Source: Candidatus Bathyarchaeota archaeon (lineage in GTDB: Archaea; Thermoproteota; Bathyarchaeia; Bathyarchaeales; Bathycorpusculaceae). Taken from it: a DNA stretch of 64,000 nucleotides. The stretch is from the NCBI GenBank assembly GCA_963782525.1, contig CAWAKC010000002.1, forward strand, positions 52,443 through 116,442, in the 5' to 3' direction. The notes beneath the pieces are model-generated. The model searched no databases and was not told where the DNA came from. It worked only from the letters and a program-made list of their open reading frames with translations. Shown here piece by piece: positions 9,672 to 20,020 of this stretch; positions within the stretch are counted from its first letter, which is position 1; each line of letters opens with the position of its first letter. Position numbers and translations under genes: made by a program.

Positions 9672-10644
9672 TTAGCGCATTAGTAGTTCTTTGCCTTTAT
9701 CAAAAACATATGCGAATTCTGCATATATCCTGAGGTAATACGCCCAATATCCTTTCCATTTACCCTTTCCATTTACCGTATTTCTCAGCAATCTTTCAGA
9801 CCTCTTCGTTAAATATTATTTCCTCTTTTCCATCATAAATTCTGCCGACATCTAAAGCAAGCTGCGGTTCTATGTTTGACGGTTTCTCCATTCTTCCAAG
9901 TCCTCGTATCATTACAAAGTTGGCAGACCAATCTCCAATACCTTTGATATCCATTAACCAATCATGAACCTCATCATAAGGTGCTGTTCTAAGCCATTGT
10001 TCATCAACCTTAGAGAATGCTTCGGCTACAGCTAATAAGTACTCTTCTTTTCTCTTATTTGGCACAAGCTTTGGCAGCTCGGTGGATGCAGCCAACAGAT
10101 TAGACGGTTCAGGAAACGAATGATAATCAACTCCCTCGACTTTAATTTGACTACCAAGTCTCTTCATAATGTTGTCTTTCATTCTGTGAGCGATTTTCAT
10201 TGGTATTCTCTGGGCTAGAATTGCCCAGCAAGCAATCTCAAAGGGCGTTAGGAACTTTACTTGTTTGTGGCCATAGAATTGTTTTATTGCGGGCTGTATG
10301 CGCTCGTCTTTTTGCGCTATTTCATAAAACTCTTTTAGGTTGTCCTGAAGGCTTAGAAAGAAACTTATCCTGTCAACAATCAACTTTTGGGTTTCATCTG
10401 CGAACTTTGATTCTGAATATGCCGTAAATTCTAACATTGGTTTTTCAATGGTTCCTTTATCGGCGACCTTGAATGCTATTGTTTTGCCCTTTACTTGGAC
10501 AGCTTTTGTCAAGATGCCGGTTTTTACGACTTGTTCATCTTTCATTGGACTAAAATCAGATAGGAATTCGAGCGATTTGGAAAAATTAAAAGGCGCAACA
10601 GGCTTCAAGGTACTTTCAAAAGAATAAAGACTCAAAAAACACAA
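9672..10644 (-). pseudogene. alkA: DNA-3-methyladenine glycosylase II (AlkA/HhH-GPD), disrupted near C-terminus
   Basis: HhH motif LMDIKGIGDWSANFV and FEIACWAILAQ. Premature TGA at 9796-9798 plus a 13-bp tandem duplication; removing both restores KIAEKYGKWKGYWAYYLRIY. Confidence 0.8.
9751..9776. repeat. perfect 13-bp tandem duplication CCTTTCCATTTAC x2
   Basis: Read directly at 9751-9763 and 9764-9776. Confidence 0.9.
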
Positions 10645-10905
10645 TAAAATTATTGTGTAGGAACAGCTATTTTAAGAATCGTTAATTTGGTAACTTAACA
10701 TGCATTTTTTCAATTTATCCTAATAGTTTTGGTAGCTTCAGCTAACTTTTTTTAAATGCAAAGAGGTCTTCAAGCCCTTTAATTAGACATGTTTAAGACG
10801 GAAAAAGTAAGAAGGAAGTCGAAATATTTCAGTTAAAGTCCACGTGATTCTTAATCACTTGTTTTTAGGCTCAGATAAGTTGGTATCAAAAGAATTAATT
10901 CAGAT

Positions 10906-11242
10906 TTAATTTGCGATCTTTAGCTTTAATTTGCTTAGAATCTTTTGTGCACCATTTTTACCCAAGTCACAATTTATAGCTGAGAAATCTGCAATGTTTT
11001 GAAGTTCTCGAAACTTCCTTAAGTACTCTACATTTGAATTTTTATGTGCTTCGAAGGTATATTCGACGAGGTTTCTATCAGTTTAGTGTATTCCAACTCG
11101 GCTAAATATGAAACAAGCATTTGCGGCTTAGATTAAACTTCTCATTATTGCTCAACTGACATCCGAGGTTTTTGGTACTGTTCCAGAATTCATTTATTAT
11201 ACGCAAATGTTCCCGATTTTTCTTTCCGCCAATGACAGACAA
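10906..11242 (-). pseudogene. decayed HTH_45-like winged-helix regulator
   Basis: Fragments across frames: KNREHLRIINE / AIMR..NLS / QMLVSYLAELEYTKLIE / EYLRKFRELQ. These align with RRDRLIIIAEI...QIMFKANLS...QYISLL...LLEK...LEFLQRQQ of 20977..21333; several indels. Confidence 0.5.
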
Positions 11243-11251
11243 TTTTAAACC

Positions 11252-11548
11252 TCAAAAAGTTGCTGCTTTGTCCAGTGCTTGCACAATCAAAAGATTCTGT
11301 ATTCGTGCTTCTTCAAAAGCAGCTTTCGCAATATCTTTTTCTTTTTTCGCATGTTCAGCAGCGTGAACTTCAATAGCTTTGCCCATAGCTTTTAAATCGG
11401 GAACTAATAGAATTACAAACCCACATTCACAAATAATGAATGAACTAGCTTTCGTCTTTCTTTGTTTTTTCTTTGTCGACAAAGTTTCATCAACCGATTT
11501 GCTCAGATTGATACTTGTACAGAAAATGCTTAAGAGGGATGTTCCCAA
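11252..11548 (-). CDS. small CxC-x19-H-x3-H putative zinc-binding protein (paralog 2)
   Basis: IICECGFVILLVPDLKAMGKAIEVHAAEH; true start may be downstream. Confidence 0.8.
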   Translation of the reverse strand: MGTSLLSIFCTSINLSKSVDETLSTKKKQRKTKASSFIICECGFVILLVPDLKAMGKAIEVHAAEHAKKEKDIAKAAFEEARIQNLLIVQALDKAATF

Positions 11549-11958
11549 AGCAAGAATATTTCGGAAAAAATCTTGTGCTTTTTTTAAAAGAAACTTAATT
11601 TTTCTTAATCTTTAAAAAAACAGAATGTATCGATTTAGTTTGATTTTCTATTACTAAATTAAATCTGGTTAATTATGTTATTAATCTAAAACTATGAAAA
11701 GCTCAGCATGATGCTTTGAATTGATTGCCACATTTGGGGCATTGAAAGTTCCTCCGCAAAATATGGAGTTTTCTATTTTTTTCTATGGTATGTTGAGTTT
11801 TTTCCGCAAACGGGGCAGTCAACTGCTATGAGTGTGCTTTTGAAATCCATCAACTATTGCTCAATAATTCGAGTTTATAGACTGAAAATACGATAAAAAG
11901 ATGTGTTGTCTTAGTTTTGTTATCACAATTTAGCCATGGGCTTTTACAGCTTTACGTC

Positions 11959-12074
11959 ATGATAAAGTGTCGCCAATGTGGATTTGATTCTGTTAATAAG
12001 GTTTAAAGCGGAATGAAGCTGTTCATTTTTGTGGTTGTGATTGTATGATGACTATCACTACATTTTATATGTGA
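11959..12074 (+). pseudogene. TRASH/YHS-like Cys microprotein split by a 1-nt indel
   Basis: Adding one T to the run at ~12002-12004 gives MIKCRQCGFDSVNKVLKRNEAVHFCGCDCMM (CxxC-x17-CxxxC). Confidence 0.3.
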
Positions 12075-12106
12075 TGCAGTCGAAAATAACAACGTTATCT
12101 TAAGAT

Positions 12107-12388
12107 GTGAGAAGTGAAGTAACCATTATAAAGGAAAATCGAAATATAGACTTCCATTCTTTTCAAGAACAGGCTACCACAGACAAATTAACAAAAAAAA
12201 GTATGCGTTTTGCAAGATGCGTCTGTGGATTCAAGATCTTAGTTGTTCCCGATTTGAAAGCGATGGATCGAGCCATAAAAAATCATGTTGCCCAACATAA
12301 AAAAACAAATGGTGCCCTGGGAAAATTAACACCTGCCAAACTGACAACGTTTTTGACTGAACAAGTCCTGGAAGCGGCAAGCAAATAA
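12107..12388 (+). CDS. small CxC-x19-H-x3-H putative zinc-binding protein (paralog 3)
   Basis: ARCVCGFKILVVPDLKAMDRAIKNHVAQH...LTEQVLEAASK. Confidence 0.8.
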   Translation: MRSEVTIIKENRNIDFHSFQEQATTDKLTKKSMRFARCVCGFKILVVPDLKAMDRAIKNHVAQHKKTNGALGKLTPAKLTTFLTEQVLEAASK

Positions 12389-12478
12389 ATCTGTAACTGA
12401 AAAATTAATCGAACAATTACTTAGTCTTCTTCTAAATAGCGTTTAATGTAGCTTTCTTATGTCAATACTTGAATGCTT

Positions 12479-12715
12479 TTAAGATATTGTAGAAATCATC
12501 AAGTAATCATTGTAATGTACTATTCGCAAATTGTGGCTTTTAACATAATTCTCTACTTCATCAATACAGGTTTCATATGCCAAAGATAAATTGGCTAAAA
12601 CAACATACTCAGTTGTTCCAGAATCACTAAAGCCCCAAACGGCGAATGCCTTGAATATTTTAGGGTGACAAACAGGAAATTTTTTTGAAAACTCTATTGC
12701 TTCAGCGAATATCAC
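12479..12715 (-). CDS. small hypothetical protein
   Basis: GTG 12715 follows AAGGAG SD and removes the overlap with the upstream HTH gene; C-terminus EVENYVKSHNLRI...YLMIS loosely resembles 1391..1629. Confidence 0.55.
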   Translation of the reverse strand: MIFAEAIEFSKKFPVCHPKIFKAFAVWGFSDSGTTEYVVLANLSLAYETCIDEVENYVKSHNLRIVHYNDYLMISTIS

Positions 12716-12735
12716 AAAAAATCTCCTTTTAAAAA

Positions 12736-13065
12736 CTAGAATTTTGATGGAAAGGATTTTGAGAGATTTGGATGCCAAGATGGAGGGGGCCTAACGTCTG
12801 CTTCGTTAATAATTGAGAACACTTGACTAATTTCGCCGAAATAGTTCAATACTTTAAGGCCTCGTTCAGTGACTAAGAAGACGCCTCTATCCTTGCCGGT
12901 TGTTCGCTCTTCAACCAATTCTAGGCGAATTAAGTCATCAAGATCTTCCCTGAGTACGGTGCAATTGATATTGACCCTGTACATGAGGTGTGTCAGCTTT
13001 AGAGGACCTTCGTGAGCTAGGGTTTTGAGCAAATCAGCGTAAATTTCAAGTTTACTGCGTCGCAT
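12736..13065 (-). CDS. winged-helix transcriptional regulator, HTH_45/ArnR1-like (paralog 2)
   Basis: MRRSKLEIYADLL...GPLKLTHLMYRVNIN...FLVTERG; TATATAAAT box upstream. Confidence 0.88.
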   Translation of the reverse strand: MRRSKLEIYADLLKTLAHEGPLKLTHLMYRVNINCTVLREDLDDLIRLELVEERTTGKDRGVFLVTERGLKVLNYFGEISQVFSIINEADVRPPPSWHPNLSKSFPSKF

Positions 13066-13424
13066 AGTAGTCTCTCCCTTACTCCCTTACTTGACTGAAA
13101 GATATTTATATACTTTATTATTTTTGTTGTTGCTTACGACAAGCAAATATGCTTTTTGTAGACAAAAATAACTAAAACAAAAATTTTTGAATTGAAATAA
13201 ATAAAATGGGCTAAAATTGTGGCATATTGAGAGTATAAAAAAACTGTGTTTGTGCGAAGATTGAATTTTTTTTTTTAAAAGAAAGCTTGTTTTAAGCAAA
13301 ATATGGACTCATTTTTCTCCCCCAGACATATGCTAAGACGACTTTGCTATATAGCATACAAACTCGATAAAATGTCCATAAACCAATGCTTATATATGGA
13401 TTTACGCAACTATTAAGATGCAAG

Positions 13425-14219
13425 ATGGTTTCCTTGGAACATTTATCTTTACTCAGATCAGAACTTAAACTCAAAATTTTGTTAAGTCTCTTTAACGGAA
13501 AGCGAAGAATAGCTGAGCTAAGATCTGACGTCGAAACGAGAGATACAACTATTCTTCACATTCTCGAAGAATTTAGCGATCTCAATCTCATTACAAAAAC
13601 TCAAGGCGTTTACACACTCTCGTCAATTGGAGTCATAGAAGCTAAAATTATTAAAGAATACCTCTTAGCCGAAGAAGCGATTGAAAAATTTAAGGATTTT
13701 TGGTTGTCCCATAATGTCGATGATATACCTGCATACCTTCTTCAAAACATGGGCGCACTAAAAGAGGCCCAATTAGTTAAGACTGGGGCAACAGAACTAG
13801 GAATTGTTCATAAAACAGTCCTTGAAGCCCTTAAAACATCCAAAAAGATCAAGGGAATATCTCCTATTTTCCATCAAGATTTCATTTCTTTATTCGGTCA
13901 ACTGCTCGATCAAGGATGCACAATTGAATTAATCGTTAGCAGTGAAGTTCTAACGAAGATTACAGGGTTTGTCGACACAGAGTTAGTCAAGAAATATTTG
14001 AAAGAGGACAAACTGCGGATTTATCTAAGAGAAGATGTTAAAGTTGCTCTAGCACTGACGGAAAATAGTTTCTCACTTGGTCTTTTTTCGCCGTCGGGAA
14101 TGTATGATGACCGTATGGATTTGCTGTCCGATAGCATTGAGTCGATCGAGTGGGGTGAGCGTCTTTTCGAAGATGTGGCTAGGCGCAGTACACGAGTTGG
14201 ATTAGAGTTTCTTTCTTAA
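13425..14219 (+). CDS. winged-helix regulator with DUF1724/FilR1-type C-terminal domain (COG4742-like)
   Basis: N-terminal wHTH (RSELKLKILLSL...YTLSSIG), FWLSHNVDDIP, GISPIFH, FSLGLF...GMYD...IEWGERLF. Confidence 0.8.
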   Translation: MVSLEHLSLLRSELKLKILLSLFNGKRRIAELRSDVETRDTTILHILEEFSDLNLITKTQGVYTLSSIGVIEAKIIKEYLLAEEAIEKFKDFWLSHNVDDIPAYLLQNMGALKEAQLVKTGATELGIVHKTVLEALKTSKKIKGISPIFHQDFISLFGQLLDQGCTIELIVSSEVLTKITGFVDTELVKKYLKEDKLRIYLREDVKVALALTENSFSLGLFSPSGMYDDRMDLLSDSIESIEWGERLFEDVARRSTRVGLEFLS

Positions 14220-14378
14220 GTTTTATTTTGGGTTTTTGGAATTTGCGTTGTGTTTGAATAGTTTTGATTTTCGAGTCTAATTTTCCTTAGAATGAAAGTT
14301 GCTTATCTTGAATATAGATTAGTGATTCATAAGTGTCATTACATACCTGAAATCTATATTTAGCTGGAGAGAGGCAAA

Positions 14379-15293
14379 GTGAAAGACCAGACCTTTCACA
14401 GGGAATTAATAAAGGCACAAAAGCAGAAATTCGAAAATTTTACGTTCAATAAGACGTATCTACCAATTTTTGGGGTCTTAAAGTTCATGACTTCAAGCTC
14501 CCTTCTTTTAGCTTTAAATGGAATGATGGTAGTTGTCTTTGGCTTTTTCTTGTATAGTTCAAGAATTATCCCTAGCTTACTTCTGGCCGCATTTCTGGTG
14601 ACTTTTGCAGTTTACGGCTTAAACAAGGTCACAGATAAGTCTGAGGACTCAATTAATAAACCTGAAGCAACGTCTAGTTCTTCAGGATATTTCTTAACTT
14701 TCTCGATCATTTCAATGATAATTGGTTTTCTGATAGGTCTAGACCAGGGAGTTATGGCTTTCATAGTTCTTTTTACACCAGTCATAATAGGTGTAATTTA
14801 CAGCGTTAAGATTTCAAAATCGGTCCCAAGACTTAAAGAAATTGTAGGCATAAAGAGCCTCGTAGTCGCTATAAGTTGGGCTTTAACAGGCTGTTTTTTA
14901 CCCGAAGTTGATGTTGTTGTGAAACTTCAAGCAAGCCTTATTATTTTTACTTATATTTTTATTCGAATATTCGTCGGTACCATTCTTTGCGATGTCTTAG
15001 ATAGTCAAGGTGATTTTTCGTCTGGAATAAAAACAATACCGATAAAACTTGGGAGAAATAAAACCAAAAAGCTATTAATTGCTATGAATAGTTTAGGTAT
15101 TTTTTTGTTGGTCTATTGTCAGTTAATGGGAATCTTTGTTCATTTCCTCCCTGCGCTCCTTTTTGGAGTTTTATACGGGTATTTTGCCATCTGGTATTTC
15201 TTTAGGGATAACTGCAAAAGATTTACTGGGGGATTAATATTGGATGGAGAATGGTTTCCTATAGTTATCATCGTCTGCTTACTTATCAGGTAA
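14379..15293 (+). CDS. UbiA-family prenyltransferase
   Basis: NKVTDKSEDSINKP (NxxxDxxxD) and DVLDSQGD...GIKTIP motifs, YS motif, multiple TM helices. Confidence 0.88.
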   Translation: MKDQTFHRELIKAQKQKFENFTFNKTYLPIFGVLKFMTSSSLLLALNGMMVVVFGFFLYSSRIIPSLLLAAFLVTFAVYGLNKVTDKSEDSINKPEATSSSSGYFLTFSIISMIIGFLIGLDQGVMAFIVLFTPVIIGVIYSVKISKSVPRLKEIVGIKSLVVAISWALTGCFLPEVDVVVKLQASLIIFTYIFIRIFVGTILCDVLDSQGDFSSGIKTIPIKLGRNKTKKLLIAMNSLGIFLLVYCQLMGIFVHFLPALLFGVLYGYFAIWYFFRDNCKRFTGGLILDGEWFPIVIIVCLLIR

Positions 15294-15508
15294 CAATATG
15301 TTTCTTCTTTGTTTGAATGTTTGTTCAATTATGCTAATTCTTGAATTTGCTCATTTCCTTCCTCAGAATCTGTGGGCTTAGTTATGAGTGCCCATTAGTC
15401 AGCAGAGTTCATTCAAATTGGAACGCGTGTGTCATTGTTTTTGTTAAATCCCGTCATATATAGCGAATCGTAATGTTGTTGATATTAGCCTAAACCAGTT
15501 ATATTGCC

Positions 15509-16171
15509 TTGCAGAACAAAAAAGTCATAACGCTCTGGAGAAGGTTGAACGATATGACTGTAACAGAAATGCTGCTTTCCGCAAAGCTGAAGGAAGCTGA
15601 ACCAACCTTGGATTTGCTTGGTGCGGATCGGAAGGTACTGAAAATTGCTTACCAGGATTTCAAGAACTACGAGAAATTCCTCTCTTTTAAATCAGACAAA
15701 ACTCTGGAAAGCCCAGAAAGTACTCAAGTCAAGATGCAAGTGCCTGAAAAGGAATACTTGGAAGAAGTTGGGGCGTTTTTAAGTGCTTGGACAAACTTTT
15801 GGCTCAAGAAGTGGAAACAGCGATTTAGCCTCATCTTGGGACAAACCGACGTCAAACAACAAAATGCTCCTCCAGAAGCAACAGCTAAAGCACAAACCGC
15901 TTGGACAAAGCTTACAGCAAGAGAAGAGATGATTGAAATGATTGCCTTTACCTTAATCAAAAACTCTGAGGTTTGCGGAACCTCAATCATAGCAGGGGAT
16001 ATTCTGAGAAGCGAATTACTTAAAAACCCTGACTTAGACGTCGATTGCGCTAAGCAAGTCTTGACTCTTCTAAATACAGCATTAATTAGAGCTCACGAGA
16101 CTTCGAAAAGAGCAGGTCCATTCGTAGGTATCAAGGTTGACAAAAACTACTACTGTGAATCCTGTCGTTAA
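15509..16171 (+). CDS. hypothetical protein
   Basis: 220-aa ORF, helical, C-terminal CxxC (YYCESC); no family recognised. Confidence 0.7.
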   Translation: MQNKKVITLWRRLNDMTVTEMLLSAKLKEAEPTLDLLGADRKVLKIAYQDFKNYEKFLSFKSDKTLESPESTQVKMQVPEKEYLEEVGAFLSAWTNFWLKKWKQRFSLILGQTDVKQQNAPPEATAKAQTAWTKLTAREEMIEMIAFTLIKNSEVCGTSIIAGDILRSELLKNPDLDVDCAKQVLTLLNTALIRAHETSKRAGPFVGIKVDKNYYCESCR

Positions 16172-16540
16172 AAAAAACTTTAATTCGAGAAAATTTTTCT
16201 TTCTTTTGTTTTACATATCTTTTTAACCTGTCTTTTCCAAACGATAATAAATTTTCCTTTCAATGCTGCGATACTTTGTTTTGAAAAAATACCTCTCTTC
16301 AGTCTTCATCCCTCAATCAATTCTTCATTTCAGTCAAAAACTCTTTTAGAAAAAATAGGCGAGCAAGGAAAAAAAGCTCCTAATAGTTAGCTAAAAAAAT
16401 CAGCTCTTGATTTATTTTTTTTGGATTATCAATATAGAATATTGTTTCATGGATCTTAAATATGACTTCTGGCAAGATTAGCATCAGGATTTAACGCTAA
16501 CTCAAAAAACTGATAAGGAAAAAGGTAAAGAGAGATAATC

Positions 16541-19500
16541 ATGAGAAGAATAACTAAATTTAAGCGGTCAGTTCGAGCTATTTCGCCAGTTATTGCTACA
16601 TTGTTGATGATTGCCATCGCAGTTGTAGCTTCACTTATAGTCTATGCGTGGGTAACCGGTTATATCGGCGGAACCACGGTAAAAGCATCCAATAGTATGC
16701 TTATTCAAAGTACAAGCAGACAAGGAACAAGTCTATTTGTTTACGTCCAGAATGTTGGTCAAGGTGATCTCGAACTTAAGCAATCACAAAGTGTTTACGT
16801 CAATAGTGTTTTGGAAAGTATCAAAACTAGTACACCAGCAATTTCATCAACAGGTTCGGTGTCATTTTCTCCTGGAACAACCGTTACCCTTGAAATTGAT
16901 ATGGGTGTTCAACCCGTTGCAAACGAAAAACTTACCATCAAAATAACCGCAACCGACGGAACATTCGCAGAATACACAACAAACGGACTAAGCACGGTTT
17001 CAACCGGAACTTTCCCAACTGGACCAACATCCAGTTACTCTATGACCGCTTCAACAGTAACTGTCGGCCAGCCTGTAACGTTTACTGATGCTTCAACTGC
17101 AGGCAGTGTATCCATTACTCAGTGGTCTTGGAACTTTGGCAGCGGTGCGTCACTAGCAACAAGTGGCGTTCAGAATCCACCTGCGGTGTCTTATTCAGCT
17201 GCCGGAACCAAAACCGTTTCTCTCACGGTAACTGATTCAAACGCCAAAACAAGCACCACAACAAAAACAATAGTTGTAAGTGACTTTGCCTCGCCAACTG
17301 CCTCTTTTACCTGGACTCCGCTTGCACCTGCAACCAATTCACCTGTAACATTCAGCGATGCTTCAACTGCGGGTAGCGGAACGATTAATCAGTGGTCTTG
17401 GAACTTTGGAGCCAATTCTAACCCAGCAACCAGTACATCCCGTACCCCAAACACTGTGTCCTATTCCTCCGCTAACCAAAAAACTGTCTCTCTAACAATA
17501 ACTGATTCCAATGGAAAAACTAGTACTTCAACACGACAAATAAACGTTGGAAACGTTAATTTACCAACTGCTGAATTCACAACGTCGAATTCTAACCCGA
17601 ATGTAGGTCAAACTATAACTTTCACCGACGTTTCCATTCCAGGGTCATCAGGCACAATTAACCAATGGTCTTGGAACTTTGGCGACGGGACACCTACAGG
17701 CGCAGTCCAAAACCCAACACACTCATATACTACTCCGGGCACAAAAACTGTTACTTTAACTGTTACTGACTCCCTTAGCCAAAAGAGCATAGTCACCCAT
17801 ACTATAGACGTCAACGACTACGCATCACCCACTGCAAGTTTCACTTACACTCCAGCATTGCTGACTGTCGGTCAACTTGTGACATTTACAGATGCTTCTG
17901 TTGCGGGAAGCGGAACGATTAGTCAGTGGTCTTGGAACTTTGGCAGTGGTGCTTCAATAGCAACAAGTAATGTTCAGAATCCACCTGCAATTTCCTATTC
18001 GGCTGCCGGATCAAAAACCGTTTCTTTAATGGTTACTGACTCAAACGCCAAAACAAGTACCACAACACAAACAATATCAGTGAATTCACCAACCCCAACG
18101 GGCGATGTTGAACTCATAATTGCTACACCATCTTCTGCAACAGCCGGTACCGCTTTCAGCGCCACAATAACTGCCAGAGATGAATCAGGAAACCTACTTA
18201 CAGGCTATGCAGGCACAATTACCTTCACATCATCCGACGGTCAGGCAATTCTACCGGGTCCTTCTTTTCTTACATCTGGCACAGGAACTTTCCCTGTCAC
18301 GTTGAAGACTGTTGGCTCTGAAACAATTACCGTGAGCGATGGAACAGCAACTAGTACTAGTGGTGTCATAGCCGTTAATCCTGCTCCAGCTTCAAAACTC
18401 GTCTACACAGCGGGCGCAGGCCAATCGGTAACCGTTAGTGACGTTTCGTCGATAATTACAGTACAAAGACAGGACCAGTACGGTAATCCCGCAACCACTG
18501 GAGCTATACAAATGACGATAACTTCAACTTCTGGTAACAACGGACATTTCTACTCCGATTCGGGTGGACATAATGGGATAACCCAACCGGTTACCATTCC
18601 AGATGGTTCTAGCACTTACAACTTCTACTATAGTGACAGCAGTGCCAGCTCCACACCAACTCTTACAGCTGCTTCCAATGGATTAACTTCAGCAACAACT
18701 CAATTCACAATTAACACAAATCAACTCGTCTTTACTGGTGGTGCTCCTCAGACCATACCTGCTGGAACCATGTCAAACACAATCACAATTGAACGACAAA
18801 ATACTAATGGAAATCATTACTCTACAGGCGCGATCACGGTGACGCTCAGCACGTCATCAAGTACTGGCGCTTTCTATGCAACTCAAAATAGCAACACTCC
18901 TCTTAGTCCTGCTCAAGTTTCAATAGCTAACAATGCTTACTCAGCTACCTTCTACTATAAGGACACTGCTCAGGGCACTCCAACGATTACGGTGTCCGCT
19001 TCGGGATACACGCCTGACACTGCAATATTCATCATTACTGGACCAGCAACTCAACTTAAATTTACGGCGGGAACAAGTCAATCCCTATACACTGGCCAAG
19101 TTTCATCCGTAATTACAGTTGCTCAGCAAGATGCAAACGGTAACGCAATCAACGCAGCAGCGACCTTAACTGTTAATTTAGCTGCCACATCGACGACGGG
19201 GGCGTTCTACAGCAATTCACAAGGAACTGGAACTCCAATAGCCACCGTTACCATTGGGTCTGGTCACAGTTCAACTAGCTTCTACTACAAAGACACAGCG
19301 GCAGGTGCCCCAACCATCACAGCCTCATCCGCAGGTCTAACTTCGGCGACAACCACATTCACTATCAAATCAAACCAAGTTCCAGACGGAGGATTTGATC
19401 AAAGCGGAAACAACAGTCCATGGAAAGATACTAGTACAAATGGTGCTTACGCAACAAATCATGAAACAAGCGATACAGCACCCAATAACTGGGGTCCATA

Positions 19501-19981
19501 CGCAGAATTAGAAACTGTCCAACCAGGCTTTTCGGGTACAGGATCCGGAGCTTTGACAAGCACCTTTAGCCCGGCAATGGCAATTAGCTCAATCCCCAAC
19601 TCTGCTGGCTCACTCTCAATGATAATCTACAACAATGGATACAATGGCCCAGGTCTTTCAGGAGGAACTGGCTACTACTCTTTCCAGATAACTTTGACAG
19701 CAAGCGACGGTACACAATTGATCTATTGGTGGGGGAGCAATCCAGCCACAGCACCAACGCAAACAGGCACTGTAAAGGTCATTAGCTTGGGAACTATCCA
19801 AGGCACGTTCACAGCTGGACAGTGGGTACAATTCAGCAGCAACTTACGCGCTGACTGGACAAACGCAGGGCTATCATCATCCGCAACATTGACAAGCATT
19901 GCTCTAATATGCAACGGCTACCACACAGGCAACAGCCAATACGGACAAGAACTATTCATCGACAACGTAGCTATCCAATAA
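16541..19981 (+). CDS. giant type IV pilin/archaellin-like adhesin: class III signal peptide, 4 PKD domains, Ig-like repeats, C-terminal lectin-like domain
   Basis: KRSVRA|ISPVIATLLMIAIAVVASLIVYAW prepilin motif; four QWSWNFG PKD cores; three F/YT.G..Q...FYY.D...PT.T.S repeats; very Ser/Thr rich. Confidence 0.9.
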   Translation: MRRITKFKRSVRAISPVIATLLMIAIAVVASLIVYAWVTGYIGGTTVKASNSMLIQSTSRQGTSLFVYVQNVGQGDLELKQSQSVYVNSVLESIKTSTPAISSTGSVSFSPGTTVTLEIDMGVQPVANEKLTIKITATDGTFAEYTTNGLSTVSTGTFPTGPTSSYSMTASTVTVGQPVTFTDASTAGSVSITQWSWNFGSGASLATSGVQNPPAVSYSAAGTKTVSLTVTDSNAKTSTTTKTIVVSDFASPTASFTWTPLAPATNSPVTFSDASTAGSGTINQWSWNFGANSNPATSTSRTPNTVSYSSANQKTVSLTITDSNGKTSTSTRQINVGNVNLPTAEFTTSNSNPNVGQTITFTDVSIPGSSGTINQWSWNFGDGTPTGAVQNPTHSYTTPGTKTVTLTVTDSLSQKSIVTHTIDVNDYASPTASFTYTPALLTVGQLVTFTDASVAGSGTISQWSWNFGSGASIATSNVQNPPAISYSAAGSKTVSLMVTDSNAKTSTTTQTISVNSPTPTGDVELIIATPSSATAGTAFSATITARDESGNLLTGYAGTITFTSSDGQAILPGPSFLTSGTGTFPVTLKTVGSETITVSDGTATSTSGVIAVNPAPASKLVYTAGAGQSVTVSDVSSIITVQRQDQYGNPATTGAIQMTITSTSGNNGHFYSDSGGHNGITQPVTIPDGSSTYNFYYSDSSASSTPTLTAASNGLTSATTQFTINTNQLVFTGGAPQTIPAGTMSNTITIERQNTNGNHYSTGAITVTLSTSSSTGAFYATQNSNTPLSPAQVSIANNAYSATFYYKDTAQGTPTITVSASGYTPDTAIFIITGPATQLKFTAGTSQSLYTGQVSSVITVAQQDANGNAINAAATLTVNLAATSTTGAFYSNSQGTGTPIATVTIGSGHSSTSFYYKDTAAGAPTITASSAGLTSATTTFTIKSNQVPDGGFDQSGNNSPWKDTSTNGAYATNHETSDTAPNNWGPYAELETVQPGFSGTGSGALTSTFSPAMAISSIPNSAGSLSMIIYNNGYNGPGLSGGTGYYSFQITLTASDGTQLIYWWGSNPATAPTQTGTVKVISLGTIQGTFTAGQWVQFSSNLRADWTNAGLSSSATLTSIALICNGYHTGNSQYGQELFIDNVAIQ
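17020..18085 (+). repeat. four tandem PKD-encoding repeats (~261-273 bp period)
   Basis: CARTGGTCTTGGAACTTTGG core at 17120, 17390, 17663, 17924; units 1 and 4 are clearly similar at DNA level. Confidence 0.88.
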
Positions 19982-19994
19982 TTCGCCAAAACAA

Positions 19995-20020
19995 TCTTCT
20001 TTTCTTTATTTTCTTTTATT
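19995..20020 (+). terminator. oligo-T archaeal terminator after pilin-adhesin gene
   Basis: TCTTCTTTTCTTTATTTTCTTTTATT just after the stop codon. Confidence 0.5.

Noticed and set aside
9796-9798. In-frame TGA in alkA as selenocysteine or readthrough
   Set aside because: Non-catalytic position, followed by a frameshifting duplication; no SECIS-like element seen.
17020-18085. Regularly spaced ~20-bp repeats as a CRISPR array
   Set aside because: The period is ~270 bp, in frame inside a CDS and encodes the PKD WSWNFG core; no cas genes are present.
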